A stretch of 64,000 bases of DNA from an uncultured Solibacteraceae bacterium (GCA_964471115.1 CAYYFE010000002.1:136388-200387), one strand, 5' to 3'. Positions 8,811 to 18,018 are shown, counted from the first letter of the stretch. Translations and numbers: made by a program. Notes: generated by a model not told the origin, from the letters alone.

Positions 8811-9239
8811 CTACGCCGGGATGATGACGGGAAAACCTTCGAGCTGCGCGGCTTTCGCCAGCGTGTGGTCGCGCGTGACCACGGGAAGCTGATCCGGCTG
8901 GCCGTCGGCCGCCGCGATCGCCGCCGCCAACTGCATCGCATCGCCGGCCTTGAGTGGATGCATGGTCACGATGCGTTGTGCGTGGGGGCTGACACGCTGC
9001 CAGTCAGCCACTCGCAGCCAGGTGCGCCATTGCCGGATCATTTCAGCGCGGAGCCCCGGCCACAGATCGTCCATGTCCCGGCTGTGCCGTTGCCAGCGTG
9101 CCAGGACGGAGAGCAGTTCCACGCAGGTGCCCTCCCAGACGATCACGCCCGGGTCGTCTGCCATGTGCTGCCGGCAGGCCGGCGTGGAGGCCTCGTCGAG
9201 AAAGACAGGCAGGAGTGCGGACGTGTCCCAGAATTTCAC
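8811..9239 (-). CDS. vapC: PIN-domain toxin (VapC-like)
   Basis: 142 aa. The N-terminus MKFWDTSALLPVFLDE (conserved acidic D) is typical of PIN toxins. The gene overlaps the upstream antitoxin by 4 nt. Confidence 0.85.
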   Translation of the reverse strand: MKFWDTSALLPVFLDEASTPACRQHMADDPGVIVWEGTCVELLSVLARWQRHSRDMDDLWPGLRAEMIRQWRTWLRVADWQRVSPHAQRIVTMHPLKAGDAMQLAAAIAAADGQPDQLPVVTRDHTLAKAAQLEGFPVIIPA

Positions 9240-9568
9240 CAGGGCGCCTCTTCACGCATCTTCAACAGCAGGTCCGAGAGCGCCGGCGTTCCGGCCGGGC
9301 GCTTGAGGGGCTTCACGGATTTCGCCCATGCGGCCACTGCCGCCGGGTCGCCCCGATGCGAGATCACTCCCCGCTGGTAGAGGTCGTCGATCCGAGCCTC
9401 CTCGTCGGCGGCCGACGCACGGCGCCGCTTGGGACGGGCCTCCTCACGGTACGGCACCAGCCGCGCGACAGGCTGATTCCGGTCCATCACGATGACCTCC
9501 TCGCCCTCACGCACGGCCTTGACGTACTTCGAGAGGTTGTTCTTCAAAATAGCTATGTTGGCCACCAT
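9236..9568 (-). CDS. Phd/YefM-type antitoxin
   Basis: 110 aa: MVANIAILKNNLSKYVKAVREGEEVIVMDRNQPVARLVP. This is the classic Phd/YefM N-terminus. An imperfect palindrome, ATAGCTATGTTGGCCACCATACATGGCTAT, spans the start codon. Confidence 0.8.
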   Translation of the reverse strand: MVANIAILKNNLSKYVKAVREGEEVIVMDRNQPVARLVPYREEARPKRRRASAADEEARIDDLYQRGVISHRGDPAAVAAWAKSVKPLKRPAGTPALSDLLLKMREEAPW

Positions 9569-9676
9569 ACATGGCTATTATAGCTATGAATTCTCCCAGC
9601 CTTTCAGTGCTCCATGTGAACGTCCGTGCGTCCTTTTCCGGGGTCCTCCGTCTGTAGGGCCGAAAGGAGACGAACC

Positions 9677-9769
9677 ATGGCCAACAACAACGAGACAGTG
9701 ACCTGTTGCAGCAGCGGCTGCTGCGGCGGGGCGTGCAACTGCGGCGAAGGCACGGGCTGTTGCGGATAA
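9677..9769 (+). CDS. Unannotated 30-aa cysteine-rich peptide (metallothionein-like)
   Basis: My own translation gives MANNNETVTCCSSGCCGGACNCGEGTGCCG-stop, with 8 Cys in 30 residues. AAGGAGA lies 7 nt upstream of the ATG. The TAA stop is 1 nt before the ATG of the ECF sigma gene. The ORF is too short for the ORF track. Confidence 0.5.
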   Translation: MANNNETVTCCSSGCCGGACNCGEGTGCCG

Positions 9770-9770
9770 C

Positions 9771-10409
9771 ATGACGACGGTGGCGGACATCACGACGGAG
9801 GCGCTCTGGCGGCAGTTCCACGCGGACCTGCTGCGCTTCGTGGCCCGTCGTGTGTCCAACCCCGCGGACGCGGAGGACGTCGTGCAGCGCGTGTTTCTGC
9901 AGGTGCATCGCGCGTTGCCGACCCTCCGCGATTCCGACCGCCTCCACGCGTGGATGTATCAGACGACGCGGCGGGCGATCATTGATTTCTACCGGTCCGC
10001 GCCACACCGGCGCGAGGTGCCGGCCGGCGGCGCGGCCGAGGTGGAAGAGAGCCTGCCGCCGCAGGTGATTCCCGGCGACGAGTCGTCGGCCCTGTCGGAG
10101 CTGGCCTCGTGTCTGACGCCGCTCCTCGCGCAGTTGCCTGCGCAGGATCAGGAAGCGCTGGCGCTCGTCGAGTTCCACAACCTCACCCAGGCGGACGCCG
10201 CGCAGCGGCTGGGGGTGACGGTGTCCGGCATGAAGAGTCGCGTTCAACGGGCCAGACGACGCCTGCGCGACGTGGTCGACGCCTGTTGCCGGGTGGAATT
10301 CGACCGCCGCGGCGGCGTCATGGCCTACCAACGCCGCGCCGACGCCTGCCGCTGCTCATCCAATCCCCAATCCCAAATCCTCAATCCACAATCCTCAATC
10401 GGTGAGTGA
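9771..10409 (+). CDS. ECF sigma factor with C-terminal Cys-rich extension (CorE-like)
   Basis: Sigma region 2 is present (DAEDVVQRVFLQVHR, WMYQTTRRAIIDFYR), as is region 4 (LTQADAAQRLGVTVSGMKSRVQRARRRL). They are followed by DACCRVEFDRRGGVMAYQRRADACRCS. Confidence 0.85.
   Translation: MTTVADITTEALWRQFHADLLRFVARRVSNPADAEDVVQRVFLQVHRALPTLRDSDRLHAWMYQTTRRAIIDFYRSAPHRREVPAGGAAEVEESLPPQVIPGDESSALSELASCLTPLLAQLPAQDQEALALVEFHNLTQADAAQRLGVTVSGMKSRVQRARRRLRDVVDACCRVEFDRRGGVMAYQRRADACRCSSNPQSQILNPQSSIGE
10361..10402 (+). repeat. Six tandem heptamers CAATCCN, inside the 3' end of the sigma gene
   Basis: The units are caatccc caatccc aaatcct caatcca caatcct caatcgg. They encode the tail NPQSQILNPQSSIG. 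Confidence 0.9.
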
Positions 10410-10454
10410 ACCCCCCTGCCCCTCTTCCTCGTCAAAAGCCCCGGAGGTTTCTGT

Positions 10455-10877
10455 ATGAGACAGGGGATTGTGGCGGGGATGGCGGCGGTGGTCATGGGCG
10501 CGATGCTGGTGCTGCCCGGTTCCGCACAGGCGCCGACCTACAGCGTGTCGTGGCTGGCGGGCCCCCCGGGAGAGGAACAGACCTACACCGGGACGACCAC
10601 GTTTGCCGTCGACGCCAAGGGTGTGGTGAGCGGCAAGATGACGTTGACCAGCCCGGCGACCGTGACCGGCACGCTGGCCGGCACCGTGGCCAAGGACACC
10701 TGGACGTTTGAGTATCCGTACGAAATTCCCGAACAGCAGTGCTCGGGCACGGTGAAGGGGACGGCCAAGGTGGCGGCCGGCCGGAAGACGATTCAGGGCA
10801 CGGCGACGATCGGCGGCGGGTGTGTGCCCGAGCCGATGGCGTCGACGTTCACGTTCACCCTGCAGGAGAAGAAGTAG
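10455..10877 (+). CDS. Secreted hypothetical protein
   Basis: 140 aa with a signal peptide ending PGSAQA. The mature part is Thr/Gly-rich with two Cys. It lies directly downstream of the ECF sigma gene. Confidence 0.6.
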   Translation: MRQGIVAGMAAVVMGAMLVLPGSAQAPTYSVSWLAGPPGEEQTYTGTTTFAVDAKGVVSGKMTLTSPATVTGTLAGTVAKDTWTFEYPYEIPEQQCSGTVKGTAKVAAGRKTIQGTATIGGGCVPEPMASTFTFTLQEKK

Positions 10878-12099
10878 TCACGCGTGCGCCGTCGGTGAGA
10901 TCGCGCACGGTCTGAAACGGGCCGGTGACGATCGTGGCGCCTTCGGTGAGCCCGTCGACTTCAATCGACAGGCCGCCGATGATCCCGGTCGTCACCGGCG
11001 TAAACACGGCGCGATCGCCCTCCACGCGGAACACGCCGCTGCGGCCGTCGCGTTGCACCACGGCCTGCAACGGCACGGCCACCACGTTCGTGCGTTCGGC
11101 AACCAGGATTTCGGTGTCGCACGTCAGGCCCGGCCGCAACGTGGCCACATCGCCGTCGAGCCGTACCTTCACGCGGAACTCGCGCGCGGCAGCCTGGGCG
11201 CCGGTCTGCGGCAACGCACTGGCGCCGATTTCGACCACGCGGCCGGCAAAGGGCCGGCCCGCCAGCGCGTCGAGGGTGATGGTGGCGGGCTGATCGAGCG
11301 CCAGGCGCAGCACGTCGGCTTCGGCCACCTTGACCTCGGCGTTGAGTGCGCTGAGATCCGAAATCGTCATCAGGATCGTGCCGGGCTGATTCTGCACGCC
11401 CATCACGACCATTTCGCCCTCTTCAACATCCAGCCGCGTGACGACACCATCAATGGGTGAGGTGATCGCGGTCTTCGACAGCTGATCGCGCACGCGCGCC
11501 TGTTCGGCGCGTCCCTGTGACACCCGTTGCAGGGCGGCGTCGCGCGCCTGGCGGGCGCGCGCCACGGCCGCCTGCGCCGCCTGCACCTGCGCGTCGTTGG
11601 CGTCGGCCGCGGCGACGGCGGCGTCCAGCTCCGACTTGGGCAGCAGGCCCGAGGCCGACAGCTCCCGCGCGCGACGCACGGCTTCAGTGGTCTGCGCCTG
11701 GCGCGCCTGTGCGGCGCTCAGATCGGCTTCGGCCGATCGCACGGCGTTGGCCGTGCCGGCCGCGTCGGCTTCGAGCGCGGAAAGCGCGGCGGTGGCCGAG
11801 GCCACCGCGCTTTCGGCCTGCACCGGATCGATGCGCGCCAGCACCTGCCCGGCCCGCACGCGATCCCCTTCGCGCACCGACAGGCTGACCAGCCGTCCCA
11901 TCACCGACGACCCCAGGTCGGCGTATTTCGTTGCGACGATTTCTCCGGAGGCGGTGACGTACGAACGCAGCGTCTGCACGCGCGCCACCGTGGTGGTCTC
12001 GACCTCGATGGCCTCGCCGCCGCGACCCCTGCTCCAGAACCACGCGCCCGCCGCCACGACGACGAGCGCACCGATACCGACACTCCGCGAGATCCGCAC
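10855..12099 (-). CDS. Periplasmic adaptor (membrane-fusion protein), HlyD/MacA family
   Basis: I chose the start at GTG 12099, preceded by AGGAGG, giving MRISRSVGIGALVVVAAGAWFW (TM anchor). A coiled-coil Ala/Gln region follows, then a lipoyl/beta-barrel part (SPIDGVVTRLDVEEGEMV). The track start at 12342 adds Arg-rich junk. Confidence 0.85.
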   Translation of the reverse strand: MRISRSVGIGALVVVAAGAWFWSRGRGGEAIEVETTTVARVQTLRSYVTASGEIVATKYADLGSSVMGRLVSLSVREGDRVRAGQVLARIDPVQAESAVASATAALSALEADAAGTANAVRSAEADLSAAQARQAQTTEAVRRARELSASGLLPKSELDAAVAAADANDAQVQAAQAAVARARQARDAALQRVSQGRAEQARVRDQLSKTAITSPIDGVVTRLDVEEGEMVVMGVQNQPGTILMTISDLSALNAEVKVAEADVLRLALDQPATITLDALAGRPFAGRVVEIGASALPQTGAQAAAREFRVKVRLDGDVATLRPGLTCDTEILVAERTNVVAVPLQAVVQRDGRSGVFRVEGDRAVFTPVTTGIIGGLSIEVDGLTEGATIVTGPFQTVRDLTDGARVTTSSPAG

Positions 12100-12140
12100 G
12101 ATACCTCCTATACTGGCATGGTCCGCTTCCGGACGCCCGC

Positions 12141-13364
12141 ATGCTCGAATCTTTCCGCCAGGCCGCTGCGACACTCGCGGCCAACCGTCTCCGGTCCTCC
12201 CTCGGCGCGCTCGCGATTGCCGTGGCCGTCGCCACACAGGTGATCGTGACCACGGCGCTCGACGGCGTGGCCGCGTCGGCCGAAGCGACCTCCGCCCGCG
12301 CCTTCGGCACCGACACGTTCCTGCTCGCGCAGGTGGCGTCACCGGGCCGCGTCTCCCGTCGCGAGCTGCTCGATCAACTGCAGCGGAACGCGCCCATCAC
12401 CCGCGCCGACTGGCGCTTCCTCGAGCGCGTGGCTGACGGGCGCCTGCAGTACGCGCCCAACGTGTCCACCTCCGCGGACGTCACCGCCGGGGGCCGGACC
12501 TACGAAAACGCCGGCGTCTCCGGCACGACATCGGCGCTCGCGACAATGCGCGATCTCGACATTGCGACGGGCCGCTTCCTGACCGAAGACGATGACCGGC
12601 GCGGCTCAGCGGTAGCGATCATCGGCGCGGACATCGTCGACGCGTTGTACCCCGGCGTCGATCCGATGGGACAGACCGTACGCATCGCCGGCCGCGCGTT
12701 CCAGGTGGTCGGCGTGCAGCGTCGTCAAGGGACGGCCAACGGGGTCTCGCTCGATCGCTTCGTCTGGATTCCGCTGGCGGCGTGGGAACGCGCCTTCGGC
12801 GCGCCGCGGTCGCTGCCGATCTTCGCCCGCGCGCGGCCGGGCGTCGACGCCACGCGCGCGGAGGATCAGGCGCGCATCTCGATGCGCGCCCGGCGACAGC
12901 TGGCGCCGGCCGAGCCGGACCGGTTCGACATCCTGACACCGGATGCCGCGCGTGGATTCGTCGCCAACCTGACGCGGCGCATCGGCATTGCCGCGGGCCC
13001 GATTTCGCTGATGGCGCTGCTCGCGGCGATCGTCGTGGTGACCAACACCGTGCTGGTGTCGGTGACGCAGCGGACGCGCGAGATCGGCGTCCGGCGCGCG
13101 CTGGGCGCGACACAGGCTGCGATCGTGCGCGAAGTGCTCGCCGAATCGGCGCTGACGGCGGTTCTGGGCGGACTTGCCGGCCTGCTCGTGGCCTGGCTGC
13201 TGGTGGCCGCGCTGGCGGGCGGACTCGACCTGCCGCTGGAGATCCGCGCGATGACCGTGGCGCTGAGCGTGGCGGCGTCCGCGTTGAGCGGCATCGCGGC
13301 CGGCTGGTATCCGGCGCGCCGGGCGACACGGCTCACCGTCGTGGAAGCGCTGCGTGTCGAATGA
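12141..13364 (+). CDS. ABC transporter permease, MacB/FtsX-like (no ATPase domain)
   Basis: 407 aa: an N-terminal TM helix, a periplasmic domain and a C-terminal FtsX helix bundle (VTQRTREIGVRRALGATQAAIVREVLAES). Confidence 0.85.
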   Translation: MLESFRQAAATLAANRLRSSLGALAIAVAVATQVIVTTALDGVAASAEATSARAFGTDTFLLAQVASPGRVSRRELLDQLQRNAPITRADWRFLERVADGRLQYAPNVSTSADVTAGGRTYENAGVSGTTSALATMRDLDIATGRFLTEDDDRRGSAVAIIGADIVDALYPGVDPMGQTVRIAGRAFQVVGVQRRQGTANGVSLDRFVWIPLAAWERAFGAPRSLPIFARARPGVDATRAEDQARISMRARRQLAPAEPDRFDILTPDAARGFVANLTRRIGIAAGPISLMALLAAIVVVTNTVLVSVTQRTREIGVRRALGATQAAIVREVLAESALTAVLGGLAGLLVAWLLVAALAGGLDLPLEIRAMTVALSVAASALSGIAAGWYPARRATRLTVVEALRVE

Positions 13365-14638
13365 GTCCGACGGTTGAACTCCACCGGTGGCGATCGGCGT
13401 CGCGCGAAGCCGCCACACTCGCGCTCGAATCGATTCGTGTCGACACCTCCCGCTCCGTCCTCGCCATCGTCGGCCTGGTAATCGGCATCGTGACCGTCGT
13501 CCTGGTTGCGTCGACGCTGGTGGGGTTGCGCAACTCGGTGGCGCAGCTGTTCCGCGAGTTGGGCACCGAAAACATCTTTGCGTTTCACCGGGATGGTGAT
13601 CCGTACTCGCCGCTGTCGGACGAGGATGCGCGGCGTCGGACGCTGCGGCCGGCCGATGCGGACCAGGTCCTGCGGCTCGCGACCGCGGTCAGCGCGGTCG
13701 GTGTGCAGGTGCTGGTGCCGGCTGTCACCGGCACCCGTGTGTTGACCGCCCGGGCGGGCGGCAACGAGTCGGACACGGTGCTCATCGAGGGCGCGTCGCC
13801 GAACTACTTCGAGGTGACCGAAACGCCATTTGCGGCGGGCCGGCCGTTCACCCAGACGGAGAGTCTGGTGGCGGCGCCGGTGGCCGTGCTCGGCGCCAAC
13901 ATCGCCAAGGCGTTGTTCGGAGCCGCGTCCCCGGTTGGTCAGTCACTGCTGCTGGGCGGCGAGCGGTACTTCGTGGTCGGCGTGCTGGCGCCGCGGCAGG
14001 GGACGTTTTTCGGCGAGAACCGCAACGACAACGTGGTGTCGCTGCCGCTGGGCACGGTGACGCGACGGTTCCCCGAGGCGGAACAGACCGTGTTGTACGT
14101 GCGCGCGAAACCCGGCCTGCGCGCCCGGGCCCTCAGTGAGACCGAGACGATCCTGCGGCTCGTTCGAGGCGTCCGGCCCGAGGCCCCCAACGACTTCAAT
14201 CTGTCGACCGCGGATCAGATCATTGCGCAGTTCGATCGCATCGGCGCGCAGATCTTCCTCGCCACGGTCGCGCTGGCGGCCGTGTCCCTGGTCATCGGCG
14301 GCATCGGCATCGCCAACGTGATGGTGATCAGCGTGACCGAGCGCACGCGCGAGATCGGATTGCGGCTCGCCGTCGGCGCGCGGCGCGAAGACGTGCGCCT
14401 GCAGTTCCTGCTCGAGGCCGCCGTGCTGGCCGCCGCCGGCGGCATCATCGGTGTGACGATTGCGCTGGTGATCGGCGCCACGGCGGCCGCGCTGGCGCCC
14501 GCGTTTCCCGCCTTGCCGCCGCTCTGGGCCGTCGTCTCCGGCGTCGTCAGCGCCGTGGGCGTCGGGGTGCTGGCCGGTTACCTGCCGGCCCGCCGGGCCT
14601 CGCAGCTCGATCCGGTCGAAGCGCTGCGGTACGAGTGA
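13361..14638 (+). CDS. ABC transporter permease, MacB/FtsX-like (no ATPase domain)
   Basis: The start at ATG 13361 overlaps the previous stop (ATGA). The sequence runs MSPTVELHRWRSASREAATLALESIRVD...VTERTREIGLRLAVGARREDVRLQFLLEA. The track ORF from 12782 is a 5' over-extension. Confidence 0.85.
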   Translation: MSPTVELHRWRSASREAATLALESIRVDTSRSVLAIVGLVIGIVTVVLVASTLVGLRNSVAQLFRELGTENIFAFHRDGDPYSPLSDEDARRRTLRPADADQVLRLATAVSAVGVQVLVPAVTGTRVLTARAGGNESDTVLIEGASPNYFEVTETPFAAGRPFTQTESLVAAPVAVLGANIAKALFGAASPVGQSLLLGGERYFVVGVLAPRQGTFFGENRNDNVVSLPLGTVTRRFPEAEQTVLYVRAKPGLRARALSETETILRLVRGVRPEAPNDFNLSTADQIIAQFDRIGAQIFLATVALAAVSLVIGGIGIANVMVISVTERTREIGLRLAVGARREDVRLQFLLEAAVLAAAGGIIGVTIALVIGATAAALAPAFPALPPLWAVVSGVVSAVGVGVLAGYLPARRASQLDPVEALRYE

Positions 14639-14644
14639 GCGCGA

Positions 14645-15319
14645 TCACGGCCGGACGCTGATCACGTATCCCCGCCACATGCAGAGCAGGCCCAGCAGCT
14701 CCATCACGTACAACACCTCGGTGTAGCCGAAGCGGGTGGCTGCGCCGCCGATGCCGGGCAGGATGGCGCCGACGGCAATCCACACGTTGGCCCACATGCG
14801 GTGGCGTGTGGCCGCGTCACGGCTGTACTTGATGGCCGACGCGATGGCGCCGCCCACCAGGAAGATCACCGCGTAGAGGTTGATGAACGGGCTGAATCGG
14901 CGGACCCACGTCCACTCGAAGACACGTCCGGTCAACCGGTGTGATTCGACCTGCGCGTAGTCGATCGGCGACGACCAGACGGCCACCGAGGCGATCGCCA
15001 CGGTGACGATCAGGGCCGTCGTCAGCAGGTGCGCCGTGCGCCGGCGGAGCATCAGATACACGGTGCCCTGGGCCAGCGGCGCGCCGCCCAGCAGCGCGCC
15101 GGTGATGTACCAGAGGCGGAAGACCGGCTCCTGCCAGCCAAACAGCGCCGTGAGGGATTCCGTCAACGTGCCGGCGCCGTACGCCGTCACGCCGATGCCC
15201 CACCACAACAGGTGCAGACGTTCCGGATGCTGCCGCCATCTGCGAAAGATGGCGGCAGCAAACGGGATCGTCAGCAGCGTGGTGACGATGGGGATGTAAT
15301 GCACGAAGTTGGCGCTCAT
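14645..15319 (-). CDS. Hypothetical polytopic membrane protein
   Basis: 224 aa with about 6 hydrophobic helices and ordinary amino-acid usage. It lies 35 bp downstream of the TonB receptor gene on the same strand. Confidence 0.6.
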   Translation of the reverse strand: MSANFVHYIPIVTTLLTIPFAAAIFRRWRQHPERLHLLWWGIGVTAYGAGTLTESLTALFGWQEPVFRLWYITGALLGGAPLAQGTVYLMLRRRTAHLLTTALIVTVAIASVAVWSSPIDYAQVESHRLTGRVFEWTWVRRFSPFINLYAVIFLVGGAIASAIKYSRDAATRHRMWANVWIAVGAILPGIGGAATRFGYTEVLYVMELLGLLCMWRGYVISVRP

Positions 15320-15354
15320 CCCGCCACCTCGTCATCTCGCCATCGCGCCATCGG

Positions 15355-18018
15355 CTAGAAGGCTCCGATGGACAGGCCCAGCGTGAACGTCCGGCCGCGC
15401 GCGGGCGCGAACTGGAAGTGCTCGCGGTAGTACCGGTTCGCCAGGTTCTCGACGGCCAGCGTCAGGGCAACGCGGTCGCGGCCTCGCGTGAGGTTGACGC
15501 CCGCGGCGGCGCGATGCACGGTGAAGGCGTCAAGCGACAGCAGATCCTGCGCGATGAGGAACGGCGAGTCGAGCAGCGCCTTGGCCACGCGTGAGACCTC
15601 GCCCTGGTGGCGCACGCCGTACTCCACCCACCACCGGCCGGCAGACTGCGTGAAGCGCGCGTTGGCCAGTGCCTTCGACGGCGTGATGTTGTCGGCCGGG
15701 GTGTCGGCCAGTGAGTGACCGGTGCCCGGGTCGATGCCCTTGGTGATCGTGCCGCGCGTGAACGCCGCCGCGCCCGACAGCGTGACCACGCCGTAGCGGA
15801 AGGTCAGAGGCGCGTCAGCCGACAGCTCCACGCCGCTGATGCGGACGTCCGCGTAGTTGATCGCCTGCGCCAGCGGGCCGGCCGGGCTGGTGGCCACCAC
15901 CAGGTCCTGCGCGATGAAGTCCTGATACTGGTTGAGGAACGCATACGCGCCGCCGCTCACGCGGCCGAGGCGGAACTTGGCGCCGGCATCGAAGTTGTTG
16001 CCGATCTCCGGCTTCACCTGCACGTTGGGCAGCAGGGTGGCGACGGTCACGGGGCCGGCAAACAGCATCTCTTCCAGGTTCGGATGCCGGTAGGTGCGGC
16101 CGAAGCGGACGAACGGGCTCACGCGGCCGCTGGTGTTGGCCACCAGGCCGATGTCGCCCGTCAGCGCCTTGCGCGAGTAGGTCGCGCCGTCCGGGTCGGG
16201 CAGCGTGGCCGGATCGATCGCCGGCGTGGCGCCTGCCACAAGCGGCTCGACGGTGTAGCCGGCGGTCGCCTTCGTCTTCACGTCGTAGAAGTCGCCGCGC
16301 ACGCCCGCGATCAGCGCCAGGTTCGGACGGATGCGCCACTCATCCTGCGCGAACACCGCGATGTTCTGCAGGTGCGCGTCCGGGACGCGCACAGGGTTGG
16401 CCACCGACGGCGGACCCAGGACGACCGGGGCGGGGAAGACCACGGCCGACGGACCACGCGCGCCCATCACCACCTGTCCCACCATCGATGTCGTCGTGGT
16501 GGTGGTGCGGCGGTCGCTGCTGCGGTCGCGGTAGAACGTGACGCCGGTGGTCAGCAGGTGATTGGTCGCGGGCACCCAGACGGCCTGCAGGTCAACGCCG
16601 GGCGTCCACACGCGCTGCTCGGTCTCCGACAACACGTCGAGGCGCATGACGTTGATCGGGAAGAAGCGGACGGCCGTCGGCGCCGGGAACTGCACGGGCA
16701 GCTGGTTTTCGAGCAGCCGCAGTGTGCGCTGGTAGTACGCGTTCACCGACACGTTGGCCAGCCACGGTGTCACCGCCTGCGCTTCCCAGCGCACCGACCC
16801 GCGATCGAGGCGGCTGTAGGGCAACGACGTGGCGTTGAAGAAGTACGGCTGCGCGAAGTCGGCGAAGCCGATGTCTTCCATCCGCCGCTGCTGGTACCGG
16901 AACTTCAGCGTCTGGTTGTCGGCCAGTTTGACCAGCGCCGAACCGTTGACGAAGTAGCCGTTGGCCTGGGAGTTGGGCACCTGTGCGTCGGTGCGCACGT
17001 ACGGCGCGTTGAACGGATCGGGAAACGCGTTGAACCGGAACCCGAACGCATCGTCAATCGTGTCGGCCCGGCGCAACTGGCCGCTCGCGAAGAACGGGCG
17101 CGTGTCTTCCGTGTCGAGCGCGCCGGCGGAGTAGTTGCCGAACTCCTCGATGCCGCCCTGGACGCGGACCGCGTACCGCGGCGCCGTGACACCCAGCGTC
17201 AACGTGCCGCGCCGGCCGTCTTCGTTGCTGCTGTAGAAGCTGTTGAGGCCGTAGACGAACTGGCGCGTGGCCGAAAACGACGGTTCGTTGGTGATGATGT
17301 TGATCGTGCCCGCCAGCGCGTCGCTGCCATAGAGCAGCGTGCCGGCGCCGTTGACGATTTCCATGCGGGTGATGGCGTCAGGCGCGATCAGGCCCACTTC
17401 GGCGCCCGTGCGTTCGGTGGCCTGACGCGCCGTGTTGAGGCGTTCGCCGTCCACCAGGACCAGCAGTCGCGTGGAATCCAGGCCGCGCAGCCGCGGGCGC
17501 ACGCCGAACGGGCCGTTGCCCACCTGCGTGATGTTGGCGACTGACGCCAGCGCCTCACCCGTCGACAGCGGGTTGGTCTGTGCCAGCGCCGCGCCCGACA
17601 ACGTCTCGACGTGCAGCGGGATCTGACGAATCTCGCGCTCGGCGCGAGCGGCCGTGATGCTCACTTCGGTCGACAGCGCGCCCAGCTCGAGCTGCACGCC
17701 CAGGACGACCGGGGTTTCGCCGGCGTTCACCACCACCGTACGGGCGGCTTCGTTGAACCCCCGGCGCGTCACCAGCACCAGATACGTGCCCTCGGCCGGT
17801 GCGCTCACCGTGTACTTGCCGTCGGGCCCCGACGTGACGGTGGTCTCTTTCCCGGTGGCCACGTCACGCAGCACCACCGTGGCGCCCGGCAACGCGCCGC
17901 CGGTCGCATCCGTAATCGTGCCCGTCACCGTGATGGGCGAGGCCATGGGTTGGCCGGTGGCCGGCGCTGCCACGAGCAACGCCATCGCCAGAAACACTCC
18001 TCCTGCAAACGTACGCAT
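15355..18018 (-). CDS. TonB-dependent receptor with N-terminal carboxypeptidase-regulatory-like domain
   Basis: The start at MRTFAGGVFLAMALLVAAPATG gives a signal peptide. A CarboxypepD_reg-like segment follows (VTGTITDATGGALPGATVVLRDVATGKETTVTSGPDGKYTV). A plug and a long beta-barrel then end in ...FTLGLSIGAF (terminal Phe). Confidence 0.85.
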   Translation of the reverse strand: MRTFAGGVFLAMALLVAAPATGQPMASPITVTGTITDATGGALPGATVVLRDVATGKETTVTSGPDGKYTVSAPAEGTYLVLVTRRGFNEAARTVVVNAGETPVVLGVQLELGALSTEVSITAARAEREIRQIPLHVETLSGAALAQTNPLSTGEALASVANITQVGNGPFGVRPRLRGLDSTRLLVLVDGERLNTARQATERTGAEVGLIAPDAITRMEIVNGAGTLLYGSDALAGTINIITNEPSFSATRQFVYGLNSFYSSNEDGRRGTLTLGVTAPRYAVRVQGGIEEFGNYSAGALDTEDTRPFFASGQLRRADTIDDAFGFRFNAFPDPFNAPYVRTDAQVPNSQANGYFVNGSALVKLADNQTLKFRYQQRRMEDIGFADFAQPYFFNATSLPYSRLDRGSVRWEAQAVTPWLANVSVNAYYQRTLRLLENQLPVQFPAPTAVRFFPINVMRLDVLSETEQRVWTPGVDLQAVWVPATNHLLTTGVTFYRDRSSDRRTTTTTTSMVGQVVMGARGPSAVVFPAPVVLGPPSVANPVRVPDAHLQNIAVFAQDEWRIRPNLALIAGVRGDFYDVKTKATAGYTVEPLVAGATPAIDPATLPDPDGATYSRKALTGDIGLVANTSGRVSPFVRFGRTYRHPNLEEMLFAGPVTVATLLPNVQVKPEIGNNFDAGAKFRLGRVSGGAYAFLNQYQDFIAQDLVVATSPAGPLAQAINYADVRISGVELSADAPLTFRYGVVTLSGAAAFTRGTITKGIDPGTGHSLADTPADNITPSKALANARFTQSAGRWWVEYGVRHQGEVSRVAKALLDSPFLIAQDLLSLDAFTVHRAAAGVNLTRGRDRVALTLAVENLANRYYREHFQFAPARGRTFTLGLSIGAF

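Noticed and set aside
9600-9676. Autoregulated ECF-type promoter (GAAC-N16/17-CGTC) upstream of the Cys-peptide/sigma operon
   Set aside because: A GAAC is present (about 9617), but the CGTC motifs lie at spacings of about 7 and 27 nt, not 16-17.
15715-17544. 609-aa plus-strand ORF
   Set aside because: It lies entirely antisense to the well-supported TonB-dependent receptor gene. The translation is dominated by Arg/Gly/Ala/His/Asp runs (RRRARQRDHAVAEGQRR...), typical of shadow ORFs in high-GC DNA.
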